A DNA stretch of 64,000 nt. Source: Eledone cirrhosa. Lineage: Eukaryota. The translations under genes and the position numbers were made by a program. The stretch lies in NCBI GenBank assembly GCA_964016885.1, contig OZ024741.1:55800001-55864000 (forward strand). The letters are read 5' to 3'. Below the pieces are notes generated by a model. The model did no database searches. It had not been told where the DNA came from and saw only the letters and a program-made list of their open reading frames with translations. This document shows, in pieces, positions 1-9,612 of this stretch. The stretch's first letter is position 1, and the number at the start of each line of letters is the position of its first letter.

Positions 1-633
1 CAGAATGTGGTAAATTGTTTACTTTGCATAGGTGCCAGTGGATCACCCTGCCCATCACATCATGTCTCCAGCCTTTATAGTTAGTCTGGGTTAGGTGTTT
101 ACACTCGGATACAATGTGAGCCACAGTCTCCTCGTCCTCTCCACAGATCCTACACAGTGGGCTAGCCTCCTCCTTGTAAATATGGTCTTTCACCCACTTC
201 GTTCTGAGGGCCTGCTCTTGCTCAGCCATTAGCATTCCTTCTGTAGCCTTTTTAATGTCTCCTCTTTTTAACCAGTTCCATTTCTGTGGATCTCTAAATT
301 CAGTTTTCTTAAAGAAGGTACTATGAAGGGATTTTTCATGAAGTTTGCTCTTCCTCCTTGCTGTTATTTCCTCCTTGGACATCCCTGGTCTATTGTCTTC
401 TCCTTCGGTACAATTTTGAGCATTGGCTCCCTACTGTCAGTCACGTATTTGTGCAGGTTGTTTTTCTCCATCTAAACACAGTCCTCTATGCTGATAAGAC
501 CTCTTCCGCCTTCAGATCTCCTTAAGTAGAGTCTATCGACATCACTCCTCTTGTGGAACATGTTGTAGATAGTCAATAGCTTCCTAGTCTTCCTATCTAT
601 TCTTTTTTTGTTCAGCAACATTCCATTTCAGAA
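1..633 (-). mobile_element. 5'-truncated, degenerate R4/Dong-like RLE retrotransposon, family B (continues left of the window)
   Basis: Aligns by eye to 4978-5610 of the family B copy (post-RT region and CCHC finger). Has indels and stops. Its 5' junction runs into the (ATT)n tract at 633-657. Confidence 0.9.
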
Positions 634-657
634 TTATTATTATTATTATTATTATTA

Positions 658-3600
658 CAGTTGCATTTATCTTGCTTTATGTTCATACGAGTTATCACCA
701 AGTCACAACCAGTGACCTCAAGAGACAACAAGGTCCGCCATGTTCAAGAAAGAACATACATATTCACACATGCATCTTTAGTGTTTAGACTTGTGATGTA
801 CTTATATTGACAGAATCTTCCTTAGTATATGGGCAGTTCCCATTAATACTATCTTTTGTATTTCTCCTATACGCGGGTTTCCTGGGATTTGCGATATGTA
901 ATCATTAGACCCCTTAGGTATCATTCCCAGAGCGCCTACAACCACTGGTATTGTTTTAGTTCTCAATTTCCACATTTTTCCAATTTCTATCTCCAGGTCC
1001 TTATACTTGCTCAATTTTTCAAATGTTTTTATAGATACATTCTTGTCTATTGGAACAGACATATCAATTAGCAGGCATACCCTCTTTTGAAAGTCTTTCA
1101 ATATTATATCAGGTCTATTTGCATCTATTTTTCGGTCTGTTTGGATGCTAAAGTTCCACAAGATTGAGATGTGATCTTTTTCAAGTATGGGAGGTGGTTG
1201 ATGCTCCCACCAATTCTTTTGATGGGGCAGGTCAAAATGCTTACACATTATCCAATGTATGTATTGTGCAGCTCTGTCATGCCTGTTTAGGTATTCGGTT
1301 GGAGCTATAGGACTGCACATTGAAATTATATGGTCAATGGTCTCTGGTTGTTTTTTGCATACACGGCATAATGGGCTGCACCCATTTTTTATTATGTTGG
1401 CTTGGTAATTTTTTGTTGGCAGACACTGATCTTGTGCCGATATAATCAGTCCTTCAGTCTCCGATTTCAGTCCAGAGGATGCCAAGCACTGATGGGTTAA
1501 AGTTTTGTCAACATCAGGATTGTTAGCTCGCTCTGGATATTTTCCATACAGAGGCTTTTCTTGCCATTTCTTAGCCAGTTTCTGTAGCAGTTCTTTCTTT
1601 GCAGTTACTTTTACCTGCTTTGCTTTTTCTGTGTTTTCCATTTCAGCAGTAAATGGGACTTCTGAAATTTGTAATCCATTACTGTATCTTTGTGCATCTT
1701 TTGTAATGGAATATGATCTTTTGATGCTTTCGTGTTTCAAAACGAGTTTGATCATCCAATCATGTGATTCCCTTAGATATGTAGATAATCCAATTGTTGC
1801 AGTTTTCAACGCAATGTCTAACTGGATTAACCCACGTCCTCCTTCTTTCCTAGGGAGATATATTCTATCTATATCTGCCTTAGGGTGATGCATTCTGTGC
1901 ATGGTTAAGAATTTTCGAATTTTTGTATCGAGCCTACGGATCTCTGTGCTTGACCAGTTGATGACATTGTAACTGTAGGTTACTACTGATATGGCAAGCG
2001 TGTTTATGGCATCGATCCTATTCCTTGCATTCAATTCCGTTCTTAAGATTGCTCTTACTCTGCGGTAACATTCCTTCCTTATCCTTTCCCTCATTGTCGA
2101 GTGCTTGATTCCGTCTCCTTCACAAACACCTAGATATTTGTAAGTTTTTTCTTGATCAAGTTCTCTTATCACGTTCCCCCGATCAAGATTAATGTCTGAA
2201 CTCTTCAGCAGCTTTCCTCTGGTGAACGTTGCTTTGGCGCATTTATCTAGTCCAAACTCCATTTTAATGTCATCACTGAACTGCTTCACAGTGGATAATA
2301 GCCCTTGCAATTGTTCATCATTTTTTGCAAATAGTTTCAGGTCATCCATGTAGAACAGGTGATTAATGGTTTTGTCATAGACTTTATATCCATGTTTTGT
2401 TTCATTGAGCCTTTTACTTAATGGTATAAGTGCGATGCAGAATAAAAGCGGTGATAAAGAGTCACCCTGAAAAATTCCACAATTAATATTAACTTCTCCA
2501 GCTTCCAGTGATTTTGTTTCACTATTCAAAAGGAGTGTCGTTTTCCATGTCTTCATACTGAATGACAAAAACCTCCTGACAACGGGGGATACTTTGAAAA
2601 TCTCTAAACATTTTTCAATCCAACTGTGTGGCAAACTATCAAATGCTTTTTTATAATCTATCCAAGCAATCGATAGATTTTTGTGTCTATTATGACAATC
2701 TTCCAGTATCATTTTGTTAACCAGAAGCTGATCCTTACAGCCATATGAGCCTCGTTTACACCCTTTCTGCTCAATGGGAAATAGGTCATTTGTTATCAGG
2801 TGGTCATATGTGTATTCAGTTAGGACTGATGTTAAAATGTTATACATTGTGGTCAAGCAAGTTATCGGTCTGTAATTTTTGGGATTGTTTGTCTCATCAT
2901 TCTTCGGAAGCAGGAATGTAATGCCGTTAACTAGCCATGAAGGTATCTTTTCTGGCTCCTTAACTATTTCATTGTAAAGTTGGGCTAACAGCTCATGAGA
3001 CTCTGTGAAGGCATTTATCCAAAAGTTTTGTATTTTGTCTTTTCCTGGGGATTTCCATTTGCTGGTTTTTCTTAGAGCCAAGCGCAACTGTTCAACTGTT
3101 ATATTTTCCCATATCTGTTCCTCAAGGTGAGCTGTATCTTTCATTTGTCTGTCTATCCATGGGGCATGTATGTTATGAACTTTTTCTTCGGCCCAGATCT
3201 TTTCCCAGAATTCTTGCACTTCCTCCTTGGGTGGTATTGATTTAGCAGTTATTGTTGATTTACCAATTTTTCTGTAGAAGTTTCTTTGTTTGTTTTTGAA
3301 CATATTATTGTCCTTATAGAATCTAGATCGTTTTTCAAAGCGCCTTATACGAGCAGCTTTGGCCGACACTTTTTGCTTGATTATTTCTATCAGCATGTCT
3401 ATGTCACATGTTGATTTTATACTGTACTTTTTTTTCAATTTTCTAAGTTTAGTTTGTTTAACATGTTCACCTACTTTATAGTTTGTTAAAATTTCTATGT
3501 CAGATCGGAGAAGGTTTATTTGGCGATTGATGTTCTCTTGCCAAGTAGATTTCTTGTGGGAATTCCTTTGTTTTTTCATCTTCACTCCACATAAGTGAGT

Positions 3601-3778
3601 GGTGACTTTAGCCGATGCATAATAGAGATGATTTAAATCAGTAATGTTTAGTTTGTTTGTGATGATAATGTTTTTGAGAATTATGTTAGTCTTGTGTATT
3701 ATCTTTTGGTTCTGTTTGGAGTTCTGGATCTTAGGGAGGGTGTCTCGTTGCCCCATGTCAGATTCTTTCATTTTCATC

Positions 3779-3779
<1 letters not shown>
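658..3779 (-). mobile_element. R4/Dong-like RLE non-LTR retrotransposon, family A, probably 5'-truncated, with uninterrupted ORF
   Basis: Flanked on both sides by (TAA)n on its sense strand. 3' UTR at 658-801 is nearly identical to 3838-3982. Confidence 0.92.
802..3777 (-). CDS. RT + CCHC finger + restriction-like endonuclease polyprotein (991 aa), family A
   Basis: Motifs [53 protein letters not shown]-x8-H-x4-C, RHD, RPD..D..K..KY. No stops or frameshifts. Lacks the N-terminal segment seen in family B. Confidence 0.9.
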   Translation of the reverse strand: MKMKESDMGQRDTLPKIQNSKQNQKIIHKTNIILKNIIITNKLNITDLNHLYYASAKVTTHLCGVKMKKQRNSHKKSTWQENINRQINLLRSDIEILTNYKVGEHVKQTKLRKLKKKYSIKSTCDIDMLIEIIKQKVSAKAARIRRFEKRSRFYKDNNMFKNKQRNFYRKIGKSTITAKSIPPKEEVQEFWEKIWAEEKVHNIHAPWIDRQMKDTAHLEEQIWENITVEQLRLALRKTSKWKSPGKDKIQNFWINAFTESHELLAQLYNEIVKEPEKIPSWLVNGITFLLPKNDETNNPKNYRPITCLTTMYNILTSVLTEYTYDHLITNDLFPIEQKGCKRGSYGCKDQLLVNKMILEDCHNRHKNLSIAWIDYKKAFDSLPHSWIEKCLEIFKVSPVVRRFLSFSMKTWKTTLLLNSETKSLEAGEVNINCGIFQGDSLSPLLFCIALIPLSKRLNETKHGYKVYDKTINHLFYMDDLKLFAKNDEQLQGLLSTVKQFSDDIKMEFGLDKCAKATFTRGKLLKSSDINLDRGNVIRELDQEKTYKYLGVCEGDGIKHSTMRERIRKECYRRVRAILRTELNARNRIDAINTLAISVVTYSYNVINWSSTEIRRLDTKIRKFLTMHRMHHPKADIDRIYLPRKEGGRGLIQLDIALKTATIGLSTYLRESHDWMIKLVLKHESIKRSYSITKDAQRYSNGLQISEVPFTAEMENTEKAKQVKVTAKKELLQKLAKKWQEKPLYGKYPERANNPDVDKTLTHQCLASSGLKSETEGLIISAQDQCLPTKNYQANIIKNGCSPLCRVCKKQPETIDHIISMCSPIAPTEYLNRHDRAAQYIHWIMCKHFDLPHQKNWWEHQPPPILEKDHISILWNFSIQTDRKIDANRPDIILKDFQKRVCLLIDMSVPIDKNVSIKTFEKLSKYKDLEIEIGKMWKLRTKTIPVVVGALGMIPKGSNDYISQIPGNPRIGEIQKIVLMGTAHILRKILSI

Positions 3780-3837
<58 letters not shown>

Positions 3838-3838
<1 letters not shown>

Positions 3839-4436
3839 AGCTGCATTTATCTTGCTTTATGTTCATACGAGTTATCACCAAGTCACAACCAGTGACCTCA
3901 AGAGACAACAAGGTCCGCCATGTTCAAGAAAGAACATACATACTCACACATGCATCTTTAGGTGTTTAGACTTGTGATGTACTTATATTGACAGAATCTT
4001 CGTTAGTATATGGGCAGTTCCCATTAGTACTATCTTTTGTATTTCTCCTATACGCGGGTTTCCTGGGATTTGCGATAAGTAATCATTAGACCCCTTAGGT
4101 ATCATTCCTAAAGCGCCTACAACCACTGGTATTGTTTTAGTTCTCAATTTCCACATTTTTCCAATTTCTATCTCCAGGTCCTTATACTTGCTCAATTTTT
4201 CAAATGTTTTTATAGATACATTCTTGTCTATTGGAACGGACATATCAATTAGCAGGCATACCCTCTTTTTAAAGTCCTTCAATATTATATCAGGTCTATT
4301 TGCATCTATTTTTCGGTCTGTTTGGATGCTAAAGATCCACAAGATTGAGGTGTGATCTTTTTCAAGTATGGGAGGTGGTTGATGCTCCCACCAATTCTTT
4401 TGATGGGGCAGGTCAAAATGCTTACACATTATCCAA

Positions 4437-4438
<2 letters not shown>
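3838..4438 (-). mobile_element. Family A 5'-truncated copy (RLE domain + 3' UTR, about 600 bp)
   Basis: Near-identical to 658-1258. ORF 3983-4429 encodes the RLE C-terminus. (TAA)n on both sides. Confidence 0.92.
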
Positions 4439-4476
<38 letters not shown>

Positions 4477-4483
4477 GTTATTA

Positions 4484-7400
4484 CTCTTTGAGTCTCAGTC
4501 ATTGATGTTAGTTAACTGGAAAGTTTGTTAAAATGAATATCAAGCCACTACCTGCAGACTCAGATATTCAGGACGTATCAGAGGGTTCTTGCTGTTCCCA
4601 GCAAGCATGCCTTTTGAAGCGTTCCAAAAAGCGTGAAGGGGCCAATTTTCCTTAACCATCCCTGGAAACTTTTTGAGATAGTCCCTAATGCGCCTATGAC
4701 AATCGGGATCACTTTGACTTCATGGCAGTTCCAAATCCTTTTTACCTCCCACTTTAAGTCCTGGTATCGGTTAATTTTCTCCCTCTCCTTCTCTTGCACT
4801 CTCGTGTCGAATGGACAGGCCACATCCACAATCAGGCACGATCTTTTTTCTTTGTCCAAAACCACCAGGTCAGGTCTATTTGTTCCAGTTTCTTGTCCGT
4901 CTGTATCCTAAAATCCCACAGCACCTTCACCTGATCGTTTTCTATCACCGCCTCTGGCTTATGCTCATACCACTTCTCAGAATGTGGTAAATTATTTACT
5001 TTGCATAGGTGCCAGTGGATCACCCTGCCCATCACATCATGTCTCCAGCCCTTATAGTGAGTCTGTGCTAGATGTTTACACTCGGATACAATGTGAGCCA
5101 GACTCCTCTCTCTCTCCACAGATCCTGCACAGTGGGCTAGCCTCCTCCTTGTAAATGTGGTGTTTCAACCACTTCGTTTTGAGGGCCTGCTCCTGCGCAG
5201 CCATTAACATTCCTTCTGTAGCCTTTTTAAGGTCTCCTCTTTTCAACCAGTTCCATGTCTGTGGATCTCTAAATTCAGTTTTCTTAAAGAAGGTACTATG
5301 AAGGGATTTTTCCTGAAGGCTGCTCTTTCTCCTTGTTGTTATTTCCTCCTTGGACATCCCCTGGCCTATTGTCCCCTCCTTCAGTACAGTTCTGAGCATT
5401 GGCTCCTTACTATAGGTCACGTATTTGTGTAGGTTGTTTTTCTCCATCTGAACACAGTCCTCTATGCTGATATGACCTCTTCCACCTTCAGATCTCCTTA
5501 AGTAGAGTCTATCGACATCACTCCTCTTGTGGAACATATTGTAGATAGTCAATAGCTTCCTAGTCTTCCTATCCATTTCTTTTTGTTCAGCAACATTCCA
5601 TCTCAGAATTCCCGCACTGTACCTAATAATATACACAGCTCGGGAATTTACTGCACTTATGGCATTCCTACTGTTCAGATGTGACTTTAATACGCTCCTT
5701 ACTCTCCGAAGGTATTCAGTTCTTATCAATTCCTTCATTTTTTTTTTGTTCTTGATGTCATCAGCCTCCAGAACGCCCAAATACTTGTATCCTTCCTCAG
5801 AGTCAATTTCCTTTATCATCTCACCTGTTGGTATCTGGATTCCGTTACTTCTGCTCAACTTACCCCTCCTCATCACAATGACTCCACACTTACTAATACC
5901 AAATTGCATACATATATCATTGCTGAAAATACGGACAGTGTCAACAAGCACATCCAACTCCTTCTCACTCTTTCCGAAGAGGAGGTGATTGATGGTAAGC
6001 CCTCCCTTTCCCAACCCGTATCCTGCTCTCACTTTTCGCAGTACACTGGTCAGGGGCATCAGGGCAAGGACAAACAACAGAGGGGACAAACTATCTCCCT
6101 GGAAGATACCTCTCTTGATCTTCACGCTTCCCAAGGATTCTCCAGTTGATGTTAACTCTGTTTCCCAGGACTTCATACTTTTGCCCAACAACTGTCTGAC
6201 GTTATCTGCCACCTTGAAGATCTCCAGGCTTTTGGTGATCCAAGAATGAGGCACCATGTTAAATGCCTTTTTGTAGTCTATCCATCCCATGGCAAGACCA
6301 GTGTGTCTCCTCTTGCAATTCCTCATTACCATCTTATCAATAAGTAACTGGTCCTTTGTACCACGTGACTTCTTTCGGCATCCTTTCTGTTCGTCCGGTA
6401 ACAAGTTGTTTGTGTGGAGGTGATTGTAGATTTCCTCAGCCATAATGCTTGTCAACAGTTTCCACATTACGGACAGACATGTGATAGGTCTATAGTTGGT
6501 AACATCATTACCCTTGATTCGGTCTTTCATTATCAGAACTGTGGTACCTTTTGTCAACCACTCTGGTACCTCACCTGACATCAAGCAGTCATTGAACATG
6601 GTTGTCAGTTTCGGGTGGAGGGATGTTATGTTTTTAATCCAATACCCCTGCATACCATCTGGGCCAGGTGATTTCCAGTTGGTTAGTTTTTTGGCCTGCT
6701 CCTTAAGAGTTTCAACTGTGATACTCAAATCAGTTTGTTGGTGTGCCTGTTCACTGATCTCCTTCTGTACTGTCTCAATCCACACTGCCTGGTCATTATG
6801 TTTAACATCCTGCTCCCATATTCCTCTCCAGAATGTTTTAGTTTGTTCCGCCTCAGGGATCAAGTCGTTGCCTCTTTCTTTCCCTTCAAGCTGTCCAAAC
6901 AGCATCTTCTGATTGTTGTCGAACATGCGGTTCTGTCTATACTGACTGACTCTGTTCTCGTATCGCCTGATTTTTGCACTCTTTGCTACAATGCGTTGCT
7001 TCAGTTCCTCTATGATAATATTTAGCTTTTTCCTCCTAGTGTTGTACTTTATTTCCAGTCTATTTTTAGTGTCTATGTTTTTTAGTGTCCCATTCAGTAG
7101 GGACTCAAGCTTTCCAATGTCATTTCTCATTTCCCTGATTTGACCACTCAGTCGTTTCTTCCACCAAGGCTCTGCTCTTTCTTGTCTGGTGTTTCCTCTC
7201 GCTTTTATACCAAGTAGTTTCCTCACCGTATTTGCTGTTGCTTTGAGGATATTGTTGCACTGGTGAAGGCTCCTCGCCTCAAGGTATGGGATGACTTTGT
7301 TTACCTTAGCTGTTGTTTCTTTTAACTTTGTCCTGTCTACAAATCTTAGGTTCATAGGTCTCCCACTATCATTGTTCAATTCATCTACCACTAAGTTTAG

Positions 7401-8121
7401 GATATCAACCAAATCTTGTCCTAGCCCGTCAGCATTCATCTCCTCAGTGGCTGTATCTCTGTTCCAGGTATTATTTATCTCAGCATTCAGATCATTGTCT
7501 GCTTCGGGTGGTTTCTCCGTTCTCTCGACCTCTTCACCTTCATTTCCCACTGGCTCGTTTGCCTGGCATACTCCACCCTCCATCTCCAAGCTAATCTCTC
7601 TGCTCAGTTCCTCCAGTTCCAGCTCGCTTATCCACCCATTAGTTCTTATTGCCCGAGCCTGCCCGGCCAGTTTTTGTTCATCTAATTTAAATGGACCAAT
7701 CTCGTTCCAGATGTTATGCATCCTTTTCCTATAGCCTTTCTCCTTGGGGTTACTCTTCAGATAACATTGCATAACAGTTCTATTCAATTCTTTCGTCCAG
7801 TTGGTTCTGGTCCCTTTCCTTCTTCTTCTTCCTCCGACACCAGCAGTATTTGGTTGACAGCCAGGTCCCTGCTGCTGAGCCAGGGAACACCTGTTGGGTG
7901 AGAGTCTGTCACATGACATTCTAGTCTCCATTTCACCGTTATTCGAACTGTTTAGGTTCGACATTTAAACACTCTTATCGAGGATTGGCGAATGTATGGT
8001 TACATAACCACCGGTGAATTACTTGTCTCCGGTGGTTTCGTCACTCCACGTGACTTTTGTGTGGCATTATCACGCTGTAGACGAACCCAAATAAACAAAC
8101 AAACAAACAAACAGGCAGAAA
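4484..8121 (-). mobile_element. Family B R4/Dong-like element, full length but inactivated
   Basis: ORFs 5076-7964, 4832-5119 and 4578-4865 are frameshifted pieces of one RT-CCHC-RLE protein. The catalytic MDD is deleted. 5' UTR starts TTTCTGCCTG as in the copy at 15648. (TAA)n flanks. Confidence 0.92.
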
Positions 8122-8135
8122 TTATTATTATTATT

Positions 8136-8461
8136 CCTTGAATCTCAGTCATTGATGTTGGTTAACTGGAAAGTCCGTTGGATTGAATATCAAGCCACTA
8201 CCTGCAGCCTCAGATATTCAGGACGTATCGGAGGGCAAGCAAGCATGCCTTTTGAAGCGTTCCAAAAAGCGTGAAGGGGCCGATTTTCTTTAACCATCCC
8301 TGGAAACTTTTGGAGATAGTCCCCAGTGCGCCTATGACAATCGGGATCACTTTGACTTCATGGCAGTTCCAAATCCTTTTCATCTCCCACTTTAGGTCCT
8401 GGTATCGGTTAATTTTCTCCCTCTCCTTCTCTTGCACTCTCGTGTCGAACGGGCAGGCCAC
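8136..8461 (-). mobile_element. Family B short 5'-truncated copy (end of RLE + 3' UTR)
   Basis: Matches about 18697-19035 in reverse complement. (TAA)n flanks. Confidence 0.9.
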
Positions 8462-8474
8462 ATTATTATTATTA

Positions 8475-8508
<34 letters not shown>

Positions 8509-8526
8509 CATCATTATTATTATTAT

Positions 8527-8629
8527 CCTGCCGAGGTTAACTTTGTCTTTCATCCTTACGGGGTCGATAAAATAAAGTACCAATAATACACTGGGATAAT
8601 TGCTGACCTTGTGCCAAAAAGTAGAAACA

Positions 8630-8660
<31 letters not shown>

Positions 8661-8779
8661 CTTTCATCCTTACGGGGTCGATAAAATAAAATACCAGTCC
8701 CGCACTGGGATCCATTTAATCGACTTTCCCCTCCCCCAAATAGCTGGCCTTGTGCCTATATAAGAAACCATTATTATTA
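8527..8779 (+). mobile_element. Two 5'-truncated SINE copies with (ATT)n tails
   Basis: Shared core gcctttcatccttacggggtcgataaaataaagtacc, ending ccttgtgcc...agaaac(c)attatt. Same family as 43058-43670. Confidence 0.85.
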
Positions 8780-9323
8780 CCTATGTATACATACATCGGC
8801 CGTACTCCATCTATATGTGTGGCTATCTGTCCGTCTGAGTATATATATCTGCACACGCTTTTATGCTTTTACTAATTTCTGTTATTGGTTTTAATTGATT
8901 AAATTGGCTTTACTATTTATTTTAACTGCTACTTATTTACAGCACCACTACCATCATACACAACACCACTACCACACACAACACCACTACCACTCACACA
9001 ATAACAATACCACAAACACCCACAACAACAACAACAACACCAAAAATACACCATTACAACCACCACAACCACCAATACCACCTCTATCAACCACAACACC
9101 TCTACTATCAAGAACACCTCTACCACCCATAACCACCATCGCAACTACCACACAACCACTTCTACCACAACCATCCACAACAACAACATCACCAAAAATA
9201 CCCCATTACTACCACCACAACCACTACTACCACCTATAACAACACAACTCTCAGCCACACCACAATCACAAACCCCAATACCACCAGAACAATAACCAAG
9301 TTTGGTTCTATTGTGTTCGATCC

Positions 9324-9370
<47 letters not shown>

Positions 9371-9612
9371 TTTTCTTTATTAACCACAAGGGTTCACATA
9401 AAGTAGACATTAAGGACAGTACAGGACAATACAGGACGGTACAAATGGGCATTTATGCGTGTAAAAAAACAGAGGTTGAAATAAAATAACAAAGAAAAAT
9501 TCCCCAATAGGGGGGAGACTTCCGAGGGACATCTGTGGAGAAAGCCCATTAAAAGACCACAGTGGCCCTGACCACCAGGGCAAGTGCCCTCTCCCAGTTT
9601 TCCACCTTTAAT

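Noticed and set aside
8000-8062. Canonical hammerhead in the family B 5' UTR (stem-GAAA-stem-GUU)
   Set aside because: The CUGANGA core is replaced by CACAAAA, and the second copy has GGAT in place of GAAA. Kept only as an unclassified structure.
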